Of a DNA stretch of 25,427 bases, positions 10,116 through 18,482 are shown piece after piece; within the stretch, counting starts at the first letter, position 1, and each line of letters opens with the position of its first letter. This stretch comes from a virus (taxonomy: Duplodnaviria > Caudoviricetes), in IMG/VR virus record IMGVR_UViG_3300005804_000004, positions 1-25,427 of that record; one strand, given 5' to 3'. The notes beneath the pieces are model-generated. The model was not told where the DNA came from and did not search any database. It saw only the letters and a program-made list of their open reading frames with translations. The position numbers and the translations under genes are program-made.

Positions 10116-10559
10116 ATGAATGAAATGATGAAAGTACATGGTTCAATGATTGCAACTTTGGAGAAGGCAGATGGTTCTGTCGAAGTGATCCGCAAGGATA
10201 ACCTGATCTTGAATGTTGGCTTTGACTTTATCTGTGATGCGATTGGCAATAGTGGTAGCCGTCCTGCAGTTATGTCCTATATTGCGGTAGGTACGAACAG
10301 CACGGCAGCAGCAGCTTCGCAAACTGCCTTGCAAACGGAATTGGCACGAAAAGCAGCTACCTATGCTCATACTGCAGGAACGAAGATTATGACATTCACC
10401 ACGACCTTCAACCCTGGCGAAGCGACAGGTGCAATTGTTGAAGCAGGTGTTGCCAATGCAGCATCCACTGGCATTTTCCTTGATCGTGTAACCTTCAGCG
10501 TCATCAATAAAGGTGCAGACGATACACTGACCGTCACTTTCCAATTTACCTTGTCCTAA
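10116..10559 (+). CDS. Phage tail structural protein (fibre-attachment/collar-like), 147 aa
   Basis: AGGAGG at 10101-10106 supports ATG 10116; NLILNVG...YIAVGT...EAGV...LTVTFQFT pattern typical of small phage baseplate/fibre-anchor proteins. Confidence 0.65.
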   Translation: MNEMMKVHGSMIATLEKADGSVEVIRKDNLILNVGFDFICDAIGNSGSRPAVMSYIAVGTNSTAAAASQTALQTELARKAATYAHTAGTKIMTFTTTFNPGEATGAIVEAGVANAASTGIFLDRVTFSVINKGADDTLTVTFQFTLS

Positions 10560-10577
10560 TCTTAAGGGGGTGGCAGA

Positions 10578-13532
10578 ATGTCCACTGTAACCATAACCAA
10601 GAACAGTCCTCCAGACTTGTTTGCAAGTTTTGCATCTGGGTTGGAGCTGATCAAGAGGGATGGCAATTCTGTCACTCCCTCTTCTGTTTCTTCAGTTATT
10701 TTACCTAGCGGTAACGGATTGCTACTGCAAGAGTCTGATATCGCAAATCTCGTTACTGATCCAAGCTTTGACTCAGTAAGTCAGTCATATAGCCCCGGTT
10801 GGGATACTGCGATCAACGGCAATTTGGGTCTTAATAACTGGTCGCTTTACAACGGTGGTGTCCCTAGTCCTAGCGTGGGCTACCATGCTAATGTTGATCC
10901 AACTGGTGGTGTAAATGGTGCGTACTGCCTTGTGTTTCGAGATATTAATAGTCAATATGGTCAAGCACACAGATGGCTAGGCGCAAGCCAAGGCCTTGGC
11001 ACTCCAAGCTCTCTAGGATGGGCTGTTGGCGATAAAATCACTATTGGTGTTTTATTTAAGGCAGACAACATAGACAAAGCAATTACCATTGGCATTTATC
11101 ATTACAATAATCCAACATCAGGTAATGCGTTTGCTGATGCGATTGCGACGATCTACCCAACGAAAGTAAACGAATGGGAGTATGCAACATATACATTCAC
11201 GATTACTAGCGATTGGGGATTGACCAGTGGTTGCTCCTTATATATTTATGGTCATTATTATAGGAATGGCGCAGAAGGTACTGTTTGGGTGGATCGGGCG
11301 TTTGTTCAAAAGAATGGATTTCCAATTTTCCCTTCTGGCGAATCCAATGCAGGAAGGGTGGAATATACTCTTGATACGCCACCACAAGACTTCACAGTAT
11401 ACTTTCGGTTTAAGCCTAGCTGCCAATACTATAATGATGGGTTTCTTACTGGTGGATATAATCGGATCATGGCAAGTATGATTGATGCAGATGGTGTTAG
11501 GCGAATTGACTATACGGACTATGTTCCGTCACCATCGACATCGCTTACTTACTCAGCACCGTTTTTTGACTTAGAGCCAAACAGCTCTTGGGACAATTTG
11601 CAGCACCACTGGCATCACAATTTGGCCTATGTGAAGAATAAATGGCATGATGTTTTCTTCGTGAAGAGTGGTAGCACATTGCGAGTCTATATTAAACTCG
11701 ATGGCATAGTTCTTAGAGATGCAACATTTACTTACTCCGATAGCTCTCTTATGAGCAGCTTCGTGTTATCCAAAATTCGCCTTGGTTATACGACAAATGG
11801 AGTGTGGTGCGGTGCTTTCCGTGATTTAAGCATATTCTCAAAAGCCCTAGCAACAAGGGAGCTTGACGATTATGTGAATAGAATTGGTACTTATATGCAG
11901 TGGCTAGAATCGTCTTTCATGTGGACGGATTCAAGCGGTGCAAAGTCTTGGTTAGATGAGTATTTTTCATCTTACTACTTGAATATATTGGAGGATGGCG
12001 TTTCCATTACCGATAAGTCCATCAAGAATGCCACGAAAAAGGCATTTGAGAGTTTTGCAACAGCAGACTATGGGGACAAGTTTACCATGACTAAAATCCT
12101 CAAGGATTCAGTTAACTTTGCCGAGGCATATATAGACAATATTATGTTTATGCTTCGAGCATATGAAACGATTGCATTCGCAGAAAAGAATCCTAAGACG
12201 GTCTTCACTATTCCTAAAGAGGTGTTTAGCGTTACCGATCTTGGCAAAAAGCAGATTTTACTGCCAAAGCATGAGTCATTGGCCTTATCAGAATGGTACG
12301 CAAAGACCTCTGCCAAGGTTACCAAAGAGTCTGTATCGTTTGCAGAGCTAGTTCCAAAGCAGATGATCGATATTTTAGCTGATGCTTTCGGTGTGGTTGA
12401 TAATAAGCAAGAAAAGCAGGTGTCGAAGGTCAACAAGGAGATACTGACTTTTGCCGATCTGCCCAAAAACGCATTCACTATGCCGAAGTTTGAGGTTATT
12501 TCAGTGTCCGATACTGGAGGTAGAACGGTAGGGCTGCTAAAGAAAGAGTCCTTTGGTATTGTGGAAACAAAACTGCCCAAGTCAATGACTCGTGTCAACA
12601 AGGAATACCTCAATATTGCAGAGCTTTATTCTGACATTATTGGGTATATCTTAAGAGTGTATGAGGCAGTCAGTCTTACTGAAAGGCATCCCAAGTCCGT
12701 AAACACGCCCAAATATGATTCATTCGGCATCAGCGAGGTTAAGCAGCCGAAGACAATCGGGGCTGTTCGGTCTGAAGCAGTGAATGTGGCTGACAAAAGT
12801 ATTAAGACCGCAACTCACATCGAAAAAGAGGCGATTTCTTATGTCGATACGGTCTTGAAGCTGCCTAGCATTCTAAAGAAAGAGAGCCTTGCAACAACTG
12901 ACAAGGCAATCAAAAGCCCCACCAAGAAGTCACTAGAAACTGTGGCCTTCTCCGAGGTTTATAAGGATACAATCGCATTTAATCGTATATTCAGCGAAAC
13001 CGTCACTCTTCTCGACAGGCTAGTTAAGAATTATGGCATGAAGAAGTATGAGGCGATTCAGCTAGTTGATGATATTATACGGAATGCCAATGCTGTACTA
13101 AGCGACCTAGTGTTTACGGATGCAGCGATCACACTTGATGAGTTTGTGGCACGGACGAGTTCGCCAGAGGGGTATGAGCAGTTTAAGGACTTTATTCCAG
13201 GCGATCACAACTATCAAAAAGCCTTGATTCGGACTGTGGTTGAAACCTACGCAACAGGCGGTAGGCCATATCTTAATAAGTGGATGCTCAATGTTGATGT
13301 GCCGGATGTGAAGGATTCTGGATCAACATCAATATCTGCAGTGACCACAAAGGTATATTTCAATCGCACATTTATTGAGCCACCAGAAGTGCAAATCACA
13401 TTGAGAGGTGGCACAAGGGGCTTACCATGCATTATTAATATTACACCAGAATACTTCGAGGTTGAGCTTGTAAATCCAACGACCAATGAGTTAATTGCAG
13501 GATCATTATCTTGGAGTGCAACTGGTTACTAA
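10578..13532 (+). CDS. Large tail structural protein / adhesin: carbohydrate-binding-like and LamG/ConA-like domains, degenerate repeat region, beta-rich C-terminus, 984 aa
   Basis: GGGGTGG RBS; NLVTDPSF...WEYATYTF...VWVDRAFV (CBM-like); FTVYFRFKP...WHDVFFVKSG..LRVYI..DG...FRDLSIFSKAL (LamG-like); K..E....D repeats. Confidence 0.7.
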   Translation: MSTVTITKNSPPDLFASFASGLELIKRDGNSVTPSSVSSVILPSGNGLLLQESDIANLVTDPSFDSVSQSYSPGWDTAINGNLGLNNWSLYNGGVPSPSVGYHANVDPTGGVNGAYCLVFRDINSQYGQAHRWLGASQGLGTPSSLGWAVGDKITIGVLFKADNIDKAITIGIYHYNNPTSGNAFADAIATIYPTKVNEWEYATYTFTITSDWGLTSGCSLYIYGHYYRNGAEGTVWVDRAFVQKNGFPIFPSGESNAGRVEYTLDTPPQDFTVYFRFKPSCQYYNDGFLTGGYNRIMASMIDADGVRRIDYTDYVPSPSTSLTYSAPFFDLEPNSSWDNLQHHWHHNLAYVKNKWHDVFFVKSGSTLRVYIKLDGIVLRDATFTYSDSSLMSSFVLSKIRLGYTTNGVWCGAFRDLSIFSKALATRELDDYVNRIGTYMQWLESSFMWTDSSGAKSWLDEYFSSYYLNILEDGVSITDKSIKNATKKAFESFATADYGDKFTMTKILKDSVNFAEAYIDNIMFMLRAYETIAFAEKNPKTVFTIPKEVFSVTDLGKKQILLPKHESLALSEWYAKTSAKVTKESVSFAELVPKQMIDILADAFGVVDNKQEKQVSKVNKEILTFADLPKNAFTMPKFEVISVSDTGGRTVGLLKKESFGIVETKLPKSMTRVNKEYLNIAELYSDIIGYILRVYEAVSLTERHPKSVNTPKYDSFGISEVKQPKTIGAVRSEAVNVADKSIKTATHIEKEAISYVDTVLKLPSILKKESLATTDKAIKSPTKKSLETVAFSEVYKDTIAFNRIFSETVTLLDRLVKNYGMKKYEAIQLVDDIIRNANAVLSDLVFTDAAITLDEFVARTSSPEGYEQFKDFIPGDHNYQKALIRTVVETYATGGRPYLNKWMLNVDVPDVKDSGSTSISAVTTKVYFNRTFIEPPEVQITLRGGTRGLPCIINITPEYFEVELVNPTTNELIAGSLSWSATGY
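11980..13080 (+). repeat. Degenerate protein-level tandem repeat, roughly 18-20 aa period, about 20 copies
   Basis: Units such as KKAFESFATAD, KILKDSVNFAE, KVTKESVSFAE, KVNKEILTFAD, LLKKESFGIVE, ILKKESLATTD, KKSLETVAFSE; boundaries approximate. Confidence 0.7.
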
Positions 13533-13545
13533 GGGGGTAATATGG

Positions 13546-14973
13546 ATGCAACAATTTACTGATATTCCATCCACAGAGACATTGGTAAATAGTCGCCAGA
13601 AATTAATTGATAACGATAAAACGATAATGAGTTGCCATGCAGGAACAACCGCACCGACTACTAACTTGGTAGTCGGTATGTTGTTTCTGAACACTTCTAC
13701 TTGGCAATTATTTCAGCTTAAATCTCTTACGCCAGATTGGAAGTTGATCTTTGATCTTTCTAAAACGGCGGTAAGCCAAGAGTATGTTGATACAGGCCTC
13801 TCTGGTAAGGTTGATAAGACATCTTCGGCTAGGCCGGGTGTAACGAAGCTTTATCGCAAAGACAATGATTCGGCCTACAATGTGCAGGTTGAGTGGGATA
13901 ATACCTATTGGTATTTGAAAGGGTATAATGGCGACACTTATCATGCAGGTGTTCGAGTTGCGAGAGCTGACTCTGTTGATTGGTCTGGTGTGCAGAATAA
14001 GCCATCTACATTTGCTCCTCCTGTTGCAACGGCCTCTGTGCTTGGCGGTGTGAAACAGGGGTCTGGATGCTCCATTGCAGCAGATGGCACTCTCACTATT
14101 AACTTCCCGGCAGGATTCAGTTTAAGCAATACGATTACCGTAACAGGCAGCAATCAGGGTGATTCGTATGAATGTGTTACTTGGCAAGTATCCACATCTA
14201 ACAAGGTAAGTAACAATGTTAGCTGGGGTGGCACGACTGTACCTGCTGAGTTTCAGCCAATTGAAGGTATTGACGGCTCTTGGCCTGCGAGTCAGCAAGT
14301 ATACTATTGGCAAGTGAGACAATATCGCAGAACTGGCGTTGCCGGTGGTACTTACACCCTGCAAAGTCTACTGCAGGAACTCGTTAGTAAGTCACATACT
14401 CACGCTCATCGTGAGAATAGATATTATTGGAACTGCGATTGTACCTGTTCTGATAACTGCCTCGTGAGGGGAGTTAGGGTTTTAATGGCTAATGGCTCAT
14501 ATAAGGCTGCAGAGTTGGTTGAAATTGGCGAGAAGATTATTGGTAGAAACGGAGTAGTCAATACTGTTATTGCTAAGAAGTTCTCCACCCTTGGCGATGA
14601 CAGGGTTGTTATGACAATGGCTAATAACCGCAAGTTGCGTTTTACCGGAGAACATATGCTGTGGGTTAAACAAGATGACATTGAGGGGTGGGGCACTCAC
14701 AATATTAATGACTACCTTAAGATCAATAAGGGTTTTGTTGTTGATGGCATTGAGTATTCGTATGATCTGGTAGAGTTTGGGCAGGATATCCCCTTAATCT
14801 TGCAGCGTGGTGAATCCTATTTGACGGAGAATGGTTTTGTCATCGACACCGCAGTTGTCGCAAGAGAGTACGGTTCAGATACGGAAACGGTAACACTGGC
14901 AGTCGATGGCGATGGCAGTTGCATTGCAGAGGGCTATGTGGTTCAATGTGCGGTCAGAAAAGGTGGTGCTTAA
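13546..14973 (+). CDS. Tail fibre protein with His/Cys-rich tip motif and C-terminal Hint (Hedgehog/intein) domain, 475 aa
   Basis: AAGGGGGT RBS supports ATG 13546; fibre-type repeats (WSGVQNKPSTFAP, ATASVLGGVKQGSGCSIAADGTL); HTHAH and YYWNCDCTCSDN; then CLVRGVRVLMANG (Hint block A) and FTGEH (block B). Confidence 0.8.
   Translation: MQQFTDIPSTETLVNSRQKLIDNDKTIMSCHAGTTAPTTNLVVGMLFLNTSTWQLFQLKSLTPDWKLIFDLSKTAVSQEYVDTGLSGKVDKTSSARPGVTKLYRKDNDSAYNVQVEWDNTYWYLKGYNGDTYHAGVRVARADSVDWSGVQNKPSTFAPPVATASVLGGVKQGSGCSIAADGTLTINFPAGFSLSNTITVTGSNQGDSYECVTWQVSTSNKVSNNVSWGGTTVPAEFQPIEGIDGSWPASQQVYYWQVRQYRRTGVAGGTYTLQSLLQELVSKSHTHAHRENRYYWNCDCTCSDNCLVRGVRVLMANGSYKAAELVEIGEKIIGRNGVVNTVIAKKFSTLGDDRVVMTMANNRKLRFTGEHMLWVKQDDIEGWGTHNINDYLKINKGFVVDGIEYSYDLVEFGQDIPLILQRGESYLTENGFVIDTAVVAREYGSDTETVTLAVDGDGSCIAEGYVVQCAVRKGGA
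14458..14949 (+). other. Hint autoprocessing domain within the fibre gene
   Basis: Cys1 at 14458, TxxH at 14644-14655, C-terminal TLAVDGDGSCIAEGYVVQC matching the Hint terminal strands but without the canonical His-Asn. Confidence 0.8.
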
Positions 14974-14974
14974 T

Positions 14975-15811
14975 ATGCTAAAGATTTGGCATAACCCAGA
15001 AAATAACAATCCTATTAATAGCTTATGGGTTGATTTGCAGGGGAGTGTTTTATCAATCACGGTTGGTGAAAGAAAGCTTGACGATGAAACAGGAGAGGCT
15101 GTGGGAGAGCCGATAATTGGTTCTCCTAAATCAGTTACACTGAAACCGTACTCCTCATACTTGCTCATTAAGTCAGAAGGCCTTGCCGATAAGGTCAACG
15201 GAGTAATCCAGTATACTGATTGCAGATTTGTAGAAGTTCCCAAGCTAACCATGTCAAGTCGGTCAAAATACTTTGAAGCAGAAGGTCTTTTTTTGCATGG
15301 AAAAAATCTTGTGCAAATTGACACTGGGATTATTGCAGAGGACTTAAGAGAGATCGCAATTCGTATAAATTGCGCCCCAATCTCTAGCGTTGATATTAGT
15401 GCAGATATGCAATATGAGTTAGCTGAGTACGGCAAGAATATTATTCCATTTCCGAGATTGGAGCTTTGGGATAGGTATGCATTAGTACTTGATGGTGTTG
15501 AATATATGGCAGACCAAGATGGAAACACAATTGGCAACCCAATCTCCACAGTAAGATTCGATGGTGAATATATTGATATTGGAATCCAGAAATATGAGGC
15601 AGACTTTTCGGAGCAGCGCAATGAGGACTATGATAACGAGGAAGTTTTCATTGAGGTCACTTCTGGGTTTGCAAATACCACTAGAGTCAAGCTGATCAAC
15701 GGAGTAGGATCGTTTAGATGGTATCCATTTGGTTATCGTGGTGAATTCAAAATTAAGCTTGGGCGAAAATTCTATCCCGGTTGGTGCGAATATTCTCTTA
15801 CAAAGGAGTAA
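14975..15811 (+). CDS. Hypothetical beta-rich protein of the radical SAM cassette (Ig-like C-terminus), 278 aa
   Basis: AGGTGG RBS, start 1 nt after the fibre stop; C-terminal EVFIEVTSGFANTTRVKLINGVGSFRW...KIKLGRKFY looks all-beta. Confidence 0.7.
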   Translation: MLKIWHNPENNNPINSLWVDLQGSVLSITVGERKLDDETGEAVGEPIIGSPKSVTLKPYSSYLLIKSEGLADKVNGVIQYTDCRFVEVPKLTMSSRSKYFEAEGLFLHGKNLVQIDTGIIAEDLREIAIRINCAPISSVDISADMQYELAEYGKNIIPFPRLELWDRYALVLDGVEYMADQDGNTIGNPISTVRFDGEYIDIGIQKYEADFSEQRNEDYDNEEVFIEVTSGFANTTRVKLINGVGSFRWYPFGYRGEFKIKLGRKFYPGWCEYSLTKE

Positions 15812-15814
15812 TGC

Positions 15815-16852
15815 ATGAAGAAAATTGTTATATATTGTGGCAGTCGATGCAATGCAAGCTGTTCGTATTGCCACAGAAAGATCGATGAGGAAGGTGCAAG
15901 CCTTCCTCATTCTGTTCTTGCTTTTATTAAACAGCAAACCAATAATGAGCAAACGATGGTTCGTTTCGTAGGAGGAGAGCCAACGCTTTATTTGCCACAA
16001 ATAAAAGAAATCGTTTCAGCTAGTGCTGCCGGAACGGATTTCCTCATTTCTACGAATGGCCTCTTGCTGAACAATCAGGAGATTATCAACTATCTTAATA
16101 GCAATGGTTTTTTCATTTCTATTAGCTATGATGGACAAAAAGGCGGTAGAGGATATGGCAATATCTTGGTAAATCCAGAGTATATCCCGCAAATCCGCAA
16201 AATAGATAGATTGGGCTTTAGCACGACACTAGCAAAAGATAACCTTAACCTCTCTCTCTTGCTTGAGGAGTGGGGCGAAATAGAGAATGTTATAAAAAGA
16301 CCGATGCGTTTTAGACCTCATCATTGTCATGTCACCAAGCCAGAGGGCGCACCATATAACATGACACTTGACGAAATCAAACACTACACAGGCCAGTGGC
16401 AATCGCTAATCGGAGAATTCATGCGCTATTATGCTGAATATGGCTTGGCGAACATGAAGTTACTAAATATGTTCTATTATCTTTACGATAGGGTCAATGG
16501 CTATAAGCACTCACAATCAGAAACTAGATGCTTCTCTAAAGGGTGCATCCAAGTAGACTTAAAGGGCAAGCATCATATTTGCCCATACATTAGAACACCA
16601 GAAACTTACCTTGGCGAGGTTGGCGAGGATATTGAAGTCTTACTGCAAAGACAAGCAGAGATGATACGCAGCCGAAGACCAAAATGCCTTGGTTGTGACC
16701 TATATCCATACTGTGGAACATATTGCTTTGCATCTATCAGACCAGAAACCGAGTGCGAGGTGCAAAAGAGATTGATTGGTTGGTTTATTAATGAGCTTGG
16801 CAAGTACGAAGATGGTTATTTTGACAAAGTAAATATGCTTCGGAGGTACTAA
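15815..16852 (+). CDS. Radical SAM enzyme with SPASM-type auxiliary cluster domain (1), 345 aa
   Basis: CNASCSYC (CxxxCxxC), GGEPTL, STNG, ISYDG; C-terminal RCF...ICPY...CLGCDLYPYCGTYC...C. Confidence 0.92.
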   Translation: MKKIVIYCGSRCNASCSYCHRKIDEEGASLPHSVLAFIKQQTNNEQTMVRFVGGEPTLYLPQIKEIVSASAAGTDFLISTNGLLLNNQEIINYLNSNGFFISISYDGQKGGRGYGNILVNPEYIPQIRKIDRLGFSTTLAKDNLNLSLLLEEWGEIENVIKRPMRFRPHHCHVTKPEGAPYNMTLDEIKHYTGQWQSLIGEFMRYYAEYGLANMKLLNMFYYLYDRVNGYKHSQSETRCFSKGCIQVDLKGKHHICPYIRTPETYLGEVGEDIEVLLQRQAEMIRSRRPKCLGCDLYPYCGTYCFASIRPETECEVQKRLIGWFINELGKYEDGYFDKVNMLRRY

Positions 16853-17514
16853 TGTTTAAAGACTTTTTTGTTTTTCATGGAAGTGTCCATGCTGATGGGC
16901 TTTTATCTTGCGATATTTACAATGATAAATATGTAGTTCGGTTTAATAACAAGGAGTTTGTTTTGCTACTAAAAGATCTGAAAGAGGATTCGGTATTCGT
17001 ATTAATGTACGACAATGCCACAGACGAGCTGATCCCATTCTATAATTGGGATAAGTTACAAGCCCTCACGCAGCTACAGTCGATGGAACTTCTGCAAGCT
17101 TTGCAGCAAAATGCTTTTTTTCAGCTTTATTACTATGGTAAACGCCCATTTGTTAAGGTGTTTTTGCCAATTAATCAGCAAACCCTAATGTCCAATACCC
17201 ATAATTTTAGCCAAAACCTATATTGGCCTACAGATATGATTCACCCACTTGACTACTTGTATATTCCAACATTTGAGATATTAACTGCGGAAGTGAGTGG
17301 GGGTATGGTGACAATGGAGATTGATATTGTCCCATCTGTGCATAGAGACAATATGTACTTATCTTACGGTGGTCGAGCGATATCTGTTCAGCCAGGTAGG
17401 CAAATAGTCACCCTACCATACGCACCCGGCGAGAGGGTTTATGTGGGTGCAAAAGACAACCGCAAAAAGGGATGCTCATTCGATCTGGAGGGATTACTAT
17501 GTATACTCAATTGA
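16852..17514 (+). CDS. Hypothetical protein translationally coupled to radical SAM 1, 220 aa
   Basis: TAATG overlap, GGAGG RBS; no recognised motif. Confidence 0.7.
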   Translation: MFKDFFVFHGSVHADGLLSCDIYNDKYVVRFNNKEFVLLLKDLKEDSVFVLMYDNATDELIPFYNWDKLQALTQLQSMELLQALQQNAFFQLYYYGKRPFVKVFLPINQQTLMSNTHNFSQNLYWPTDMIHPLDYLYIPTFEILTAEVSGGMVTMEIDIVPSVHRDNMYLSYGGRAISVQPGRQIVTLPYAPGERVYVGAKDNRKKGCSFDLEGLLCILN

Positions 17515-18482
17515 GGTTATTGATGCCAGAAACGAACTGCAACTTAAGCTGTAAGTATTGCGCTGCAGGGTATTGTGATGCTGCCAAAAAGGAAAGCACT
17601 TTAGACTTCAACGAGGAGAAGGTTTTAAGCACTATTGGCGATAAGCAGTTTAGAGCAATATCAATATGGGGTGGAGAACCATTTGCCAATATGGAGAAAT
17701 TGCAACGGACGGTTAATTTTTGCAAGGCGCATTTTCCAGACAAGCCAACATCTATTCTATCCAATGGATACCTCCTTAATGATCAAATTGTGTCCTTTCT
17801 TAATCGCAATGATCTTGCTTTAGCGATATCTCACGATGGCGTTGGTCAGCATTATCGTGGTGCAGACTTCTTGAAAAGTGAGCAATATATAGAGCGACTA
17901 AAGAGAGTAAATAACTTTATAGGATTCCACTCGGTTATTCATAATTTCAATTGCGATATTCCGGCTATTGTTGAGTACTTCGACAATGTTAAGGAACGAC
18001 TGAATAGGGAGTTTATTTGGGCATTTGGAAATTTTAAGATTTACGATCATAGGTTTCTGGAATTTGTTCCTCATGGTGACTCTCTTGAAAAACTAGCGTA
18101 TTCGTTCAGGTGGGTATTGCAAAGATTTGCGAAGCAGCCAGGATATATTAGCCTCGAAAGGCAGCTATCTGGCATTGCAAAATTGCTTGACTCGAATAAA
18201 TCTAGGATTGTTTCTTGTGGTGCAGATAACCGCTTGACTGTCAGAATGGATGGGTCACAAGCATATTGCCAAGTCCGTGGCGAACTTGGGATGCTGGATA
18301 ATCCTGATCTTTCGACTCCAATGATGTGCAGAAGTTGCACATATGTTGGGCTTTGCGCCGGGATTTGCCCCAGTATGAACGATGCATATCGGAAAAAGGT
18401 ATGTGCCACCTATAAAATTTGGTATCGAGAGGCTATTGCCTTCCTCAATTCATTAAGGAGAGATTCTAATGAAAATCAATAA
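17499..18482 (+). CDS. Radical SAM enzyme with SPASM-type auxiliary cluster domain (2), 327 aa
   Basis: GGAGG RBS supports ATG 17499; CNLSCKYC, WGGEPF, LSNG, ISHDG; SCG...YCQ...CRSCTYVGLCAGIC...C. Confidence 0.92.
   Translation: MYTQLRLLMPETNCNLSCKYCAAGYCDAAKKESTLDFNEEKVLSTIGDKQFRAISIWGGEPFANMEKLQRTVNFCKAHFPDKPTSILSNGYLLNDQIVSFLNRNDLALAISHDGVGQHYRGADFLKSEQYIERLKRVNNFIGFHSVIHNFNCDIPAIVEYFDNVKERLNREFIWAFGNFKIYDHRFLEFVPHGDSLEKLAYSFRWVLQRFAKQPGYISLERQLSGIAKLLDSNKSRIVSCGADNRLTVRMDGSQAYCQVRGELGMLDNPDLSTPMMCRSCTYVGLCAGICPSMNDAYRKKVCATYKIWYREAIAFLNSLRRDSNENQ

Noticed and set aside
13495-13545. Longer upstream starts given by the ORF track (also 5064, 5827, 10026, 14906, 17472, 24613)
   Set aside because: Downstream ATGs have well-spaced Shine-Dalgarno sequences and avoid long overlaps.
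14458-14973. Canonical selfish intein in the fibre gene
   Set aside because: No terminal His-Asn, no endonuclease domain and only 7-8 residues follow; better explained as a Hedgehog/BIL-type Hint domain.
10578-14973. Diversity-generating retroelement or invertible fibre cassette
   Set aside because: No reverse transcriptase, invertase or nucleotide-level template/variable repeat pair was seen in the window.
15815-18482. rSAMs as QueE, NrdG or MoaA (DNA modification or nucleotide metabolism)
   Set aside because: Both carry SPASM-type Cys arrays, no que/dpd/nrdD/moa genes are in the window, and they are embedded in the tail operon.
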